A stretch of DNA of 50,416 nt from a virus. Taxonomy: Duplodnaviria; Caudoviricetes. Position numbers and translations under genes: made by a program. The stretch is from positions 1 through 50,416 of IMG/VR virus record IMGVR_UViG_3300033145_001556; one strand, 5' to 3'. Under the pieces are notes generated by a model. The model was not told the DNA's origin and did no database searches. It was given only the letters and a program-made list of their open reading frames with translations. Shown piece after piece: positions 18,993 to 28,595 of the stretch (within the stretch, counting starts at the first letter, position 1; each line of letters starts with the position of its first letter).

Positions 18993-19738
18993 GCCGGCGA
19001 GAAGTAGACGCTGGGCGTCGGCTGGCTGGCAGCGCCCGGGAGTAGGGGCACAGCGGTGGTGGTGTCTGCCCCGAGTGCCACGATCCCGCGCAGATTGATC
19101 GAGTCGGCGACGATGGTGCACTTGCCGGGCTGCAGGTTGGCGTACGTGGTGGCGTCGGCGCGCAGGGTGATCCCATTGTCGGGGTCCATCACCATGGCCA
19201 TGCCGTCCCCGTGCAGCAGCGCCACGGTGTTCTCGACGGGGTTCATGATGAGCGAGTGAGCCTTGGCGTGGACTCCGTTGCTGAACTCCCGCGGGCAGTA
19301 CAGGACGCAAACGGTCGCCTTCTGGTCGCCCGAGTTGCTCGAGTCCTCGAAGGCGAGGAAGCCTCCGCCGTACCCCACCAGGGCCACGCTCCCCGCCTTG
19401 GGGTTGGCGTAGATGCGGTTGAACCGCAGGTCCCGCCACGCCAACGGCACCAGCTTGTCACCGACGCGCGCCGCCATCGCCTCTGCTCCGAGGGTCTCGG
19501 TGCCGTCGGGGACGTCGACCTCTTCGGGAGGTCGCGGCCGGAACACGATGCCCGGGGCGCCGTAGGCTTCCGCGTCCTGCTCGACCTCCCCGTCCTCCTC
19601 CGGATCCTCGCTGAAGGACCCGACGGCGCCGGCGCCGCCGACGAGCACGGCGTTGTGGCGTCCCTCGACGGTCGAGCCGCGGACCTCCATGTAGGAGATG
19701 GCCCAGTCGCTGAACGTGCCGACTTCGCCGAGCGGCAT
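18989..19738 (-). CDS. Baseplate spike/assembly protein (Mu gp45-like)
   Basis: YGAPGIVFRP...AWRDLR...GSVALVGYGG motifs; follows the hub gene. Confidence 0.75.
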   Translation of the reverse strand: MPLGEVGTFSDWAISYMEVRGSTVEGRHNAVLVGGAGAVGSFSEDPEEDGEVEQDAEAYGAPGIVFRPRPPEEVDVPDGTETLGAEAMAARVGDKLVPLAWRDLRFNRIYANPKAGSVALVGYGGGFLAFEDSSNSGDQKATVCVLYCPREFSNGVHAKAHSLIMNPVENTVALLHGDGMAMVMDPDNGITLRADATTYANLQPGKCTIVADSINLRGIVALGADTTTAVPLLPGAASQPTPSVYFSPA

Positions 19739-20880
19739 CAGAGCCTCCAGATCCCCTTCGCGGTGGTGAGTAGCTCGGTAGTGTGACCGCGCTGGGCGCT
19801 GCCGCGCAGCGTGCAGCGGTAGACCAGATACGGCCCCATGACTCCGCCGGCCACCGCGATGTTCAGGTCGGTGACGGTGTCGATGCCGTAGTCGGTCCGC
19901 TCGTGCCCGTCCCAGTAGCTCAGGTCGTAGGTCTCGAGGCGCCAGGCGTCCTTCATCAGGCTGCGCAGGCTCATCTCCCGGCGAGATCGCGCCTCGGCCT
20001 GGGCCTGGGTCTTGATTCCCTCGTCGATGACCACGGCGCTTCGGTCGAGGCCGGGCGACACCGCCAGCAGGACTGGATCGACCGTGAGGAACTTCACCTT
20101 GGCCTTGGACTGGTCGCGCCCGCCGCCGACGCCGTACACCCAGAGGCTCAGAGGGACCTGCTCGTAGTCCTCGGTCTTCTCGGCGCTCAGCAGGTTGTTT
20201 CCGCGGGTGTCGGAGCCGGTGCGCACCAACTGCAGGCGGTAGCTCGGCGGCTGCCCGTCGTAGGGAGCGCCGACGACGATCTTGCCGTTCGGGGCGTCCC
20301 AATGGGTCAGGTGGAAGCGGTTGAGGTGTCGCTCCACGAACGCGTACACGGTTTCCGGCGGGTGGGGCTTGGCGGCGTCTTCCTTCAGAGCTTGCAGGTC
20401 CGGCGGGCGGCTGCGGTCCCCGCCGCGACCGGTGAGCAGGTCGCGGGCCAGGGCCCCGCCCCAGTAGAAGTCGCTCTCGGTGAGGCCCATCCGGGCGTAG
20501 GCCGCGAAGACCACGTCCTCGAGCGTGGCGTTGCGGACGCTGATCTTCGGGTCGCACGTCGTGAACATCGCGTCGGCCAGGCGCGTGCGGATGATGACCT
20601 GGACGGTGGCACCCGAGTCGGCGCTGACGGGGAGCGTCTTGGCGAGGAGGCGTCCGGTCACTCGAGGCCGATCGTTGACCACGATCTGGAAGCGGGTACC
20701 GGTGGCGAGGGCGTCCTTGAGGGCCGACCAGGTGCCGCTGTCGCCCAGCTCGAAGCGGGCCTCGGACGGCTGGGTCAGGTCCGTGGTGATCTCGTACTGG
20801 GTGGCCCGGTCCACCACGATGGAGAAGCCGCCTCCCTGGACGCTCTCGATACGGACGGTGTCGCGCGGTCGGGCAGGCAT
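19738..20880 (-). CDS. Baseplate hub protein (Mu gp44/GpP-like)
   Basis: PETVYAFVERHL...WDAPNGKIVV pattern; synteny. Confidence 0.8.
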   Translation of the reverse strand: MPARPRDTVRIESVQGGGFSIVVDRATQYEITTDLTQPSEARFELGDSGTWSALKDALATGTRFQIVVNDRPRVTGRLLAKTLPVSADSGATVQVIIRTRLADAMFTTCDPKISVRNATLEDVVFAAYARMGLTESDFYWGGALARDLLTGRGGDRSRPPDLQALKEDAAKPHPPETVYAFVERHLNRFHLTHWDAPNGKIVVGAPYDGQPPSYRLQLVRTGSDTRGNNLLSAEKTEDYEQVPLSLWVYGVGGGRDQSKAKVKFLTVDPVLLAVSPGLDRSAVVIDEGIKTQAQAEARSRREMSLRSLMKDAWRLETYDLSYWDGHERTDYGIDTVTDLNIAVAGGVMGPYLVYRCTLRGSAQRGHTTELLTTAKGIWRL

Positions 20881-20884
20881 GGCA

Positions 20885-21838
20885 CTACGCGAAGACCACC
20901 ACCGGGGTGCCGGCCTCAATGAAGCCGAGGTCCTCGATGTGGCCGTTCAGGCTCATCAGGTCGCGGGCGTTCTGGCCAAGCTCGGAGGCGATGCTGTGAA
21001 TGTCCCGATCGGTCGGGAAGGTGCGGGTGGAGGTGGGCGGCAGCGAGGCGACGGCCTCGGCCTCGGCCTGGGCGGCGAGGTCCTCGAGCAGGAAGAGGCG
21101 CCGATAGGCGGGCTCGCCGTTCGGGTCGTTCAGCTGGTCGCGACCGGTGACGCGGGAGGTCAGCGAGTTGCGGATACTGCGCGCGGCCCGTCCTACCCGG
21201 CGCGCCTTGTGGGCGATGTCCGCTGCGAACTCCGCCGGGGCGTTCAGGACGCCCTCGAGCCCGGCAGCGAACTCGGTGATGTCCTCCCAGGAGCCGTCCC
21301 AGCCGCCTTCGCTCTCGGCGTCGAACTGGGCCTCCTCGACCACCCGCTGGATGTTGGCGCGGACGGACACGTTTTCGGCTGCAGGTCGGTCGAGGTTGTC
21401 CTCGTTGTCCTCGACGAACTTCACGGTGAGGGTCTCGCCCTCGCGCTGGCCCTCGATGTCCGCGACCCGCGACCACGTGTCCGCCTTGCACCGGATGTTC
21501 CGCTTCCAGGGCAGGTGCAGGGTGCCGGTCTTGGCGGTGAGGAACTGCGCCTCGAGCGCGTTGAGGCGGTCGGGCCACATCTGGGGCGTGTCCCCCAGGT
21601 CGGGCTCGGTCACCGTGTTGAAGAAAGGGCACTCGAGGTTGTGCTCGCCGGCGTTCGGCCCGGTCTCGTCGAGTTTCTCGCCCGGGCGCCAGGGCACTTC
21701 GCGACGGTTGAGGCGAATGCTGCCGTCGCTCCGGAGCTGGCCCCACACCATGAACAGGATCTGCTCCTCACCGTCAGCCTGCCACGAGACCGGCAGGAGC
21801 GTGTTCCAGCCCTGGCTCTGCTCTTGCTCGTCAGCCAT
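20885..21838 (-). CDS. DNA-circularisation/tube-initiator protein (Mu gp43-like) with LysM-like C-terminus
   Basis: REVPWRPGEKLDETG, GTLHLPW and VKFVED motifs; C-terminal IHSIASELG...LMSLN...FIEAGT. Confidence 0.8.
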   Translation of the reverse strand: MADEQEQSQGWNTLLPVSWQADGEEQILFMVWGQLRSDGSIRLNRREVPWRPGEKLDETGPNAGEHNLECPFFNTVTEPDLGDTPQMWPDRLNALEAQFLTAKTGTLHLPWKRNIRCKADTWSRVADIEGQREGETLTVKFVEDNEDNLDRPAAENVSVRANIQRVVEEAQFDAESEGGWDGSWEDITEFAAGLEGVLNAPAEFAADIAHKARRVGRAARSIRNSLTSRVTGRDQLNDPNGEPAYRRLFLLEDLAAQAEAEAVASLPPTSTRTFPTDRDIHSIASELGQNARDLMSLNGHIEDLGFIEAGTPVVVFA

Positions 21839-21844
21839 GGCGCA

Positions 21845-23833
21845 TCACTTTGGAGTCCAGCCCGGCGTGTTGCCGGGGGAGGGGGGCAGGCCGTGCGAGC
21901 CCCCGGCGGTGCCTGCACCCGGCACGACGGGCATGTTCGTAACGCGCACGTTGACGGTGCGACTTGCGATTCCGTCGGCGGCAGCCCGCCCGACCTTAGC
22001 CTCGTCGACCTTGGGCGGGGGTGGCCCTCCGGCGCCTTCAGCGGGAGCGCTGGCGCCTCCGGTGGGGCGTGCGAGCTCGGCGCGCAAATACCGCGCGGCA
22101 GCCTTGGCCTTGGCGAGTTGGTCGTCGGCGCCGGCGTAGGAGTCAGAGACCGCGGACCAAGCCCCGGCGGTTGCCGTGTTGACCACGCCCGAGCGTCGCT
22201 CCTTCTTCTGGCGATCAACGGTGGCGACCTTCTCCTCGAGCGTGGCCAGGGTCTTCTGCTTGGTGGCCACGGACATGGTCGTGCTGGTGGTGGCAGCCTC
22301 GGCTGCGGCTCTGGCTCCGGCCAGCGAGCTCGCCTCCTCGGAGCGGTCCGCAGCGAGATAGTCAATGCCGAGCGTGCCCAGGTAGCCGACCAGCACGGCG
22401 ATGGCGGCGATCCCGAGCGCGGCGCCGGCGACCCTCCACGGCCCCATCGCCGCTGCCGAGGCGCGGATCTGGACGGCGGCGCTGGTGCCGATGGCAGTGC
22501 CGGCCTTCGCCAACGCGCCACCCGCAAACGAGAGCGCGACCTTCCCGGCCATGTACCCGCCGACGGCGAGCGCCGGGTTCTTGATCGTGAAGCTGACCAG
22601 CTTGCGCATCCCCTCCGCTACTTTCGGGATCTGCTGGGCGAAGTCCTTCAACGCCTCCGTCATCTCGGGGCCCGTGAACTCCTTCTGAAACGTCGTGAAT
22701 GCCTGGCGCAGAATCACCATCGGGTCGTTCGCCATCCGATCGGCGGCCTGGCGCTGGAGTTCCGAGAACTTCATGGTCGACTTGGTCATGTCGCCCATGG
22801 CCTTGTCGTAGGCGCGGTACCCTTCCTCGGTGGCCTCCTCGACGCTCTTGCTCTGCTTGCGGGCGGTGTCGTAGGCATCCTTGAAGGGCTTGACCAGCGT
22901 GTCGTACGCGACGCGAGCATCACCGGTAAACGTTATCTCGGCGGCGATGCGTCCCTTCTGCGTGCCGAGCAACTTGCGGATCTTGTCGAAGGCGCTGGAG
23001 TCCGGCTCAAACTTGATCTCGGACTTCTTCTCCATGGCATTCAGGTAAGTGGTGTTGTCCTTCAAGTACTGGAACATGGTCTTGAGACCAGGCGACGCCT
23101 TCTCCCCGATGGCGTTGTCCAGAGCTCGCATGATCCCGAGCAGGGTGCTGAAGCCCTCCTTGCCCCTCAGTCCCGCCGCGGACGCCTCGCCGGCCATCAT
23201 GCCGAACCGCGCGGTCAAATCGTCGAGCCCTGCGCCACCGCCGTCCGTCTTCTCGATCAGGCGTGCCATGGCGTCGGCGGCCTCCTTGGGGCCGATCCCG
23301 AACTTGCGGGCGGCGAGTTGCGCGCCCGCCGCAAGCGTCTCCATCTTCGCGCCGGTAGCGGTGGCGGCCACGCCCATCGCCTCGAGCGACGCCTTGGTGT
23401 ACTCGATATCGCCGGTGGCCGAGTAGACGAGCTTGAAGGCGCGCGCCATGTCCTGCGGGGCCTGGCCCGTCTTGATGGCGGCGGTCTCGATCATCTTCTG
23501 GATGTGTTGCCACCGGAGACCGGTATCCCCGACGCGGTTCACCTGCTGCGCGAGGTTGCGGTACTCGTGCTGCAGGTTGACGGCTCCCTTGATTGCGGAG
23601 CCCACGGCGAAGGCCCCACCGAGTCCGGCGGCCATGCGCAGGTGACCCTTGAGGGAGGCACCCATGCCGGCGAGGCTGGCCTTGGTGGCGGTCAGCCCGG
23701 CCGCCGCCGACGCGGACATGACGGACTGCATCTTGGCGGCGGTGGCGCGCGCCTTCGCGGTGACCTGGTCGAGGCCTCCGAGGAAGCCCCCAGGCGAGAG
23801 CATCAGGCGGATGCGTGCGACCTTGTCAGCCAT
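21845..23833 (-). CDS. Tail tape measure protein
   Basis: 662 aa, Ala/Gly/Lys-rich and helical with hydrophobic segments; lies between the chaperone and the gp43-like gene. Confidence 0.9.
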   Translation of the reverse strand: MADKVARIRLMLSPGGFLGGLDQVTAKARATAAKMQSVMSASAAAGLTATKASLAGMGASLKGHLRMAAGLGGAFAVGSAIKGAVNLQHEYRNLAQQVNRVGDTGLRWQHIQKMIETAAIKTGQAPQDMARAFKLVYSATGDIEYTKASLEAMGVAATATGAKMETLAAGAQLAARKFGIGPKEAADAMARLIEKTDGGGAGLDDLTARFGMMAGEASAAGLRGKEGFSTLLGIMRALDNAIGEKASPGLKTMFQYLKDNTTYLNAMEKKSEIKFEPDSSAFDKIRKLLGTQKGRIAAEITFTGDARVAYDTLVKPFKDAYDTARKQSKSVEEATEEGYRAYDKAMGDMTKSTMKFSELQRQAADRMANDPMVILRQAFTTFQKEFTGPEMTEALKDFAQQIPKVAEGMRKLVSFTIKNPALAVGGYMAGKVALSFAGGALAKAGTAIGTSAAVQIRASAAAMGPWRVAGAALGIAAIAVLVGYLGTLGIDYLAADRSEEASSLAGARAAAEAATTSTTMSVATKQKTLATLEEKVATVDRQKKERRSGVVNTATAGAWSAVSDSYAGADDQLAKAKAAARYLRAELARPTGGASAPAEGAGGPPPPKVDEAKVGRAAADGIASRTVNVRVTNMPVVPGAGTAGGSHGLPPSPGNTPGWTPK

Positions 23834-24050
23834 CGCGTTCAGCCCTCTTCAGAACCTGTCGGAGCTTCTCGTGCCACTCGCGTCCGTCCTTGCCGGTGAT
23901 GATTCGCCCGAGCTCCTCTAGCTGGAGGGTTCCGGCGTCGAGATCTCGGACGACAGCACATAGGGTTTGGCCGTCGGTGAGTTGCAGGCTTCCCTGGCCA
24001 TACGCACCATGAAGCTGGGCTGCGCGTGCCCAGCGATATCGGTCAAAGGG
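23826..24050 (-). other. -1 programmed frameshift site (CCCTTTG, 24044-24050) and 72-aa gpGT-like extension
   Basis: The -1 frame reads DRYRWARAAQLHGAYGQGSLQLTDGQ...AERDG* without stops and ends at 23826, overlapping the tape measure start. Confidence 0.8.
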
Positions 24051-24562
24051 AGCAGGTGGCCCGCCCGGGCCACCGCAACGACCTTCGTCCAGAAGTCGTT
24101 CTCGTCCTCGACCGTATCGCGGACGTCGGTCAGCTGCTTGTAGACGGTCATCCGTCCCAGCAGGTCCTGCAGGCTGCCCTCGTCATAGCGCGCGAGCTCC
24201 TCGTGGTCCTCGAGCTGCCCGTGCGGCTCCTCCGGGGTGCGGATGGCGCGAGCGAGGAGACAGACCTGCTCCATCTCGTCGAACAGGTCCTGGTCGTGCT
24301 CGACGCTCAGTCCCTCGTGCTCGCCGAACCAGACGCGGGTGGCGGCGCGCGCCAGCACCTGGTCCTCGGGAGTCGGCACGCACACGCGGCAGTTGCTGAC
24401 CTCGACCTTGCCGGACGGCGCTCGGCGTCGGATCTGGTCCTTGAACATCAGCTTGCCGGAGTCGTGGCGTTTCACCTCGAGCTCGGCCCAGCTGCGGCCC
24501 CCGAGCTCGGGGATCGGCTGGTCCTGCCAGGGTTGCGGTTGTTGCTCGGTCTCGTTTGACAT
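23918..24562 (-). CDS. Tail assembly chaperone (gpG-like), short product
   Basis: Between tube and tape measure; GAGGAGG RBS; contains in-frame C CCT TTG. Confidence 0.8.
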   Translation of the reverse strand: MSNETEQQPQPWQDQPIPELGGRSWAELEVKRHDSGKLMFKDQIRRRAPSGKVEVSNCRVCVPTPEDQVLARAATRVWFGEHEGLSVEHDQDLFDEMEQVCLLARAIRTPEEPHGQLEDHEELARYDEGSLQDLLGRMTVYKQLTDVRDTVEDENDFWTKVVAVARAGHLLPLTDIAGHAQPSFMVRMAREACNSPTAKPYVLSSEISTPEPSS

Positions 24563-24650
24563 TGCGTCCTCCTCAAAAACCAGAGCCCCAGCCGACTGGA
24601 GGGGGGGTACAGCCGATCCGGGGCTCTGGAAGCCTTCGTGTGGCGGCGGG

Positions 24651-25025
24651 TCACTCAGCGGTGGTCTTGCCGATGTGGCTGATCTGGAACTCGATCCAGT
24701 TGTCGACGTTGCTGGTGATCTGCGGCTTGGTCAGCGGTCCCACGGTCGTGAACGTCTTGCCCGGCACCTTGAGACGGGTCTGCACCTCTTCGCCCTTCTC
24801 CCACTTCTTCCACCAGTCGCGCTCGAAGCCCGCCGCGCTGATCCCCATCTTGAACGTGACGGTGTCGACCCGCGCACCCGGGGTCCAGCCCGCGGGATTG
24901 GCGCGCAGCGTGGAGACCAGCTTGCGTCCGTCCTCGCACCCCAGCGACACGTCGAACACGTCGATGAGGTCGCCGGCTCCCTGCGAGAGACGGGCCTTCG
25001 GGAATTTGGGCAGCTCGTTGGACAT
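24651..25025 (-). CDS. Tail tube protein
   Basis: 124 aa, beta-rich, directly after the sheath; GGAGG RBS. Confidence 0.8.
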   Translation of the reverse strand: MSNELPKFPKARLSQGAGDLIDVFDVSLGCEDGRKLVSTLRANPAGWTPGARVDTVTFKMGISAAGFERDWWKKWEKGEEVQTRLKVPGKTFTTVGPLTKPQITSNVDNWIEFQISHIGKTTAE

Positions 25026-25052
25026 CGTGATCCTCCGCTTTCGGCCCCTCGG

Positions 25053-26585
25053 CTATCCGGTCTTCGCCAGGTACACACCCAGCTTGGCGAAGACCTTGAG
25101 GGCCTTGGCCGGGATGAAGGCGTCCACCTGGTTCTCGTCCGAGGGGTTGACCCGGACGATGAACTCGCCAGCCTCGTCGGCTGCCTCGAAGGCGGGGCCA
25201 TCGATGACGCCCTTGGGGACCCAGTAGTCGCGGATGCGCTTGCTGATGGCGGCCTTGATGTCCCGCTCCTCGACCACGCCCTCGGGTGGCGCCTCCTCGT
25301 CCTCGGTGACGTTGCGCATCACCTTGACCTGGGAGCCGCTGGTGAAGAACGTCTGCGGCAGGTAGGTGCGCAGGTCCTTGCCGAGCTCGAAGATGGCGTC
25401 GACCTCGCTGGTGTCGAAGCAGCGCCGGTCGGGGTTCCCGCCGGCGTCCTGCGACCGCATGGTGACGCTGCGGAGCAGCACGAGGGTGCCGTTGGCGGTG
25501 TACCCGCCCAGGCTGACTCCGTTGGTCAGGGCGTCCTTGCCCTCGGCGTCAGTCGGGTTGTTGGTGACCTTGTCGGCCGCGCCGCGGATGTAGGCGAGTT
25601 CCTCGAAGCACCGGTTGGCGTTCTTCTCTTTGCGTCGGCGCTTCATCCGGTCGCCCAGGTCGGCGCCGGCGAGCTCGCAGGGCAGGCTCTCCGCGTTCTC
25701 GACGCAGAAGTGGGTCATGTACTCGCTGTTGCAGGCGATGGCCCCGGTCTTCGCCTGGGCGATGGTGCCGCTCGAGCCCACGTGCGCCTGCTGGAGCTTG
25801 GCGTTGCGGCCACTCTTCAGCGAGTCCATGTGATCCTCGGTCCGCGAGACGTTGCTCGTGGTGGCCGACTGCGCGTCCGCGTTGGAGCTGCAGATCAGGA
25901 TGAAGTCGTACTCCTGGCCTTCAACGGTGCTCAGGACCGTGGTGAAGTCCGGCTCGGTAGCGCCGCTCGTGAAGTTGGCGCCGCCGGCGGTGCAGGTGCC
26001 GCCCGCACCCTCGACGATCTCGGTCCGCAGCGTGATGTCATTGCCGGCCGGGCCCTTGGTGTTGGCGTCGAGGTCGGTGACTCCGCTGACCCCAGCCGAA
26101 GCCACGCAGAAGATCTCGTCGACCTTCTGGTTGACGGCCAGCACGGCCGCGTCGCGGGCGTCGCTGACCGCCTCGCCGACGAGCCAGGAAACCAGGATCG
26201 GGATGCCCGAGATCCAGACGCGGAAGGTCATGTTGGTGGTCGGCGCCCCCGCGAACGTCAGGGTGTTGGTCGCGACCGCGCCCGCGCTCTCCGCCGGGCA
26301 GACCAGGTCGACCAGCGGTCCCCCGTTATCGTTGGCGAACAGGGCCTTGTACGCGAAGTAGCCCAGGCACCGGCCTGCGGCCGTCTTCACGTCGTCCTCG
26401 GAGAAGACGGCGCGGATCTCCGTGTCGTCGGTGATGTCCCCGATGCCGGTGGCGCGGGGACTCACGATCAGGCCCTTCAGGCCGGCGGTGCCCGGGCTGG
26501 TCGAGCTGCGCAGCAGGTCGACGGTCAGCCAGAAACCGGGCGTCGGGTTGGTGGGGTCGGCGGCTAGCGGGACAGTCGTCGTCAT
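25053..26585 (-). CDS. Contractile tail sheath protein (Mu gpL-like)
   Basis: NTKGPAGNDI, FTSGATEPD, ALTNGVS, LRSVT, VRVNPSDENQVD. Confidence 0.92.
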   Translation of the reverse strand: MTTTVPLAADPTNPTPGFWLTVDLLRSSTSPGTAGLKGLIVSPRATGIGDITDDTEIRAVFSEDDVKTAAGRCLGYFAYKALFANDNGGPLVDLVCPAESAGAVATNTLTFAGAPTTNMTFRVWISGIPILVSWLVGEAVSDARDAAVLAVNQKVDEIFCVASAGVSGVTDLDANTKGPAGNDITLRTEIVEGAGGTCTAGGANFTSGATEPDFTTVLSTVEGQEYDFILICSSNADAQSATTSNVSRTEDHMDSLKSGRNAKLQQAHVGSSGTIAQAKTGAIACNSEYMTHFCVENAESLPCELAGADLGDRMKRRRKEKNANRCFEELAYIRGAADKVTNNPTDAEGKDALTNGVSLGGYTANGTLVLLRSVTMRSQDAGGNPDRRCFDTSEVDAIFELGKDLRTYLPQTFFTSGSQVKVMRNVTEDEEAPPEGVVEERDIKAAISKRIRDYWVPKGVIDGPAFEAADEAGEFIVRVNPSDENQVDAFIPAKALKVFAKLGVYLAKTG

Positions 26586-27046
26586 CGCGTCTCCTCAGTT
26601 GCGCCCGGGGCGCCGTTCCCCTCGGAGTCGTTCCGGTGGTCTGCCCCCTCGCCCGACGATGCGGGCTGCGTCTGCTTCGTGGCCGCCTTGGCGGCCTTCT
26701 CGGCTTCCGCCTCGCGGGCCTCGAGCTCGGCCTCGTGCTTCTCCTCGCGGGCCTTCTGGACCTGGAGCCACTTGAGGTAGTCGGCGTGGGTGGCCTTCTT
26801 GAGGTCGCCGTTGCGGATCGCCTTCAGGAACTCCTTGCGGTAGGTCCGGAACTCCTGTTCCGAGATGGGCGTGACCCGCTCGATGTCCCACTCGACCACC
26901 GGGGCGCCGGCCCGCCGGTCCTCCTCGGTCACCCCCGTGCGCTGCGCCCCCAGGTATCGGGTCGTGCCGAATCGGCTCACCAGCCGCCCATCGACCGAGC
27001 GGACGAACAGCGCGAACCGGGGGCCAGTGCTCTTCGAGGTCGCCAT
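26582..27046 (-). CDS. Hypothetical protein upstream of the sheath (Mu gp38 position)
   Basis: ATGA overlap with the sheath; promoter-like motif at its start. Confidence 0.65.
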   Translation of the reverse strand: MATSKSTGPRFALFVRSVDGRLVSRFGTTRYLGAQRTGVTEEDRRAGAPVVEWDIERVTPISEQEFRTYRKEFLKAIRNGDLKKATHADYLKWLQVQKAREEKHEAELEAREAEAEKAAKAATKQTQPASSGEGADHRNDSEGNGAPGATEETR

Positions 27047-27048
27047 CG

Positions 27049-27064
27049 CTGAACAGACTAGCAG
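27049..27064 (-). promoter_or_regulatory. Extended -10-like element CTGCTAGTCTGTTCAG next to ATG 27046
   Basis: 15/16 identical to 10496-10511; TGcTAGTCT with 8 nt to the ATG. Confidence 0.55.
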
Positions 27065-27091
27065 GGGGGTCCAGGATGACCCACCCAAAAC

Positions 27092-28018
27092 TCACATCTC
27101 GATGGTCGTGTCGACGATGTCCAGCTCGGGGTAGGGGGGCTGGTCCTCGGTCTGGATGACCATCCGAGTCGTCAGCCAATCGTTGAAGGTCCGCTCGTCT
27201 CGCTTGGTCAGGACGAACAGCGACGAGAAGCGGACCACGTCCACGTACGAGGAGCCGGTGACCGAACTCAGCCGGGCGTCGATGACCTGGATCCCGACGG
27301 CGCTGCTGAGGGTCAGGCCCCGGTACACGTCCCGGTCACTGAGCAGCTCGAGCATGTCGTCGCGCAGCTGGTCGCCCTCCCGGGTGCGCTGCTCGGCCGA
27401 GGCCTGCCGGCTGGTGATGAGCCACAGCTGCCACTCGTGCTGGTAGATCTTCCGGCCCGCGCCGACGCGCGCGGTATTGGGCCCCAAAGATGGCCCAGCG
27501 GCTCCGTCGCCAGGGCCGGAGCCTACCCAGCAGAGCACCCCCGCCGGGTAGTGCGCGACCTTCGCCCGGAAGAAGTCCTGCGCCTCGGGACGGCTGCCGA
27601 GGCTCTTGTACATGCGCACCTGCCGCAACGTCCCGCGCTCGGTGCGCTGTTGCCCGCCGGTGAGCCCGCCGGTAGCCACCTCGCTGGTCTCCTCGATGCC
27701 GGTCAGCTCAGGGTCCCACCGGCACTCGACGTCGGCGACCTGGTTCACGTGGTTGCCGCCCTGGACGCTCTGCACCGGGATCTCCGTACCGGAGTCGGTC
27801 ACCGGCCAGGAGCCGTCGTCGGTATCGGGGTTCGCCTGCATGAACACCAGGGCGTCCTCGTGTAGCTGGTCGTCGACGATGGGGATCGCGAACGCGTGCT
27901 TGGGCACGGTACCGGAGGCGCCGGTGGAGCGGACGAGCAGGTTGCCGCTCGAGTAGGTGCCCATCTGGGCCTGGAGCAGCGCCTGGATCGCGCGGGCGAA
28001 GTAGGTGGAGGCGCTCAC
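27092..28018 (-). CDS. Tail terminator/neck protein (Mu gp37 position) with extra N-terminal domain
   Basis: C-terminal YPAGVLCWVG...HEWQLWLIT...DMLELL pattern; synteny. Confidence 0.65.
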   Translation of the reverse strand: MSASTYFARAIQALLQAQMGTYSSGNLLVRSTGASGTVPKHAFAIPIVDDQLHEDALVFMQANPDTDDGSWPVTDSGTEIPVQSVQGGNHVNQVADVECRWDPELTGIEETSEVATGGLTGGQQRTERGTLRQVRMYKSLGSRPEAQDFFRAKVAHYPAGVLCWVGSGPGDGAAGPSLGPNTARVGAGRKIYQHEWQLWLITSRQASAEQRTREGDQLRDDMLELLSDRDVYRGLTLSSAVGIQVIDARLSSVTGSSYVDVVRFSSLFVLTKRDERTFNDWLTTRMVIQTEDQPPYPELDIVDTTIEM

Positions 28019-28182
28019 AGGGCACCGACCTCACTGAGGCGAGAGAGCGGGGGCGGCTCGAACGACTGCTGCACGGCCGGGTCGGATTGCCGGTACCGCC
28101 ACTCGACGTGCGCCCCCTGACGGCCGACCACCACCGTCTGGACGGCGGTCACGGTCAGGCAGGCGTTGGGACGCAGCTTCAA
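28015..28182 (-). CDS. Small hypothetical protein
   Basis: TTG start overlaps the upstream stop and its stop overlaps the downstream GTG, so it fills the gap exactly. Confidence 0.4.
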   Translation of the reverse strand: MKLRPNACLTVTAVQTVVVGRQGAHVEWRYRQSDPAVQQSFEPPPLSRLSEVGAL

Positions 28183-28595
28183 CGGACGACCTCCGCGGCG
28201 ACGACGTCGGCTGCGTCCTCGAGGAAGTCGGCCTCGAAGGGACCGAGCTCGAACGGGTTGCGCTTGGGCATGTGCTTCGTGCCCGTGGCGTGGAACTCGC
28301 CGTAGGCCACGCCCGAGCGCGCCTCGACCCAGTCGGCGCCGGTCGCCATCTCGAGGCTCTGCGCGAACATCCCCGTGTCCTGCAGGATCTTCTCGCTGGT
28401 GCCCCGGCGCTGGCGCACGGTCACCTCGGAGAGCGGTTCCCAGTCGGGGCCCTCCGCGTCGAACACGTCGTTGACCGCGGACACCAGGGCGTCGCCGAGC
28501 ACGGGGAGTACTCCCCGCACGTTCCGGCCGCGCGCCTTGAGCTGGTAGATGGCGCTGATGAGCTCCGACTCGTCGACACGGACGACGCCGGGCAT
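28179..28595 (-). CDS. Phage virion morphogenesis protein (Mu gpG/P2 gpS family)
   Basis: FDAEGPDWEPLS...ILQDTG...YGEFHATGTKHMPKR. Confidence 0.88.
   Translation of the reverse strand: MPGVVRVDESELISAIYQLKARGRNVRGVLPVLGDALVSAVNDVFDAEGPDWEPLSEVTVRQRRGTSEKILQDTGMFAQSLEMATGADWVEARSGVAYGEFHATGTKHMPKRNPFELGPFEADFLEDAADVVAAEVVR

Noticed and set aside
20525-23899. 1124-aa + strand ORF
   Set aside because: Codon-aligned shadow of the tape measure/gp43/hub genes with no recognisable motifs; such shadows are common at this GC content
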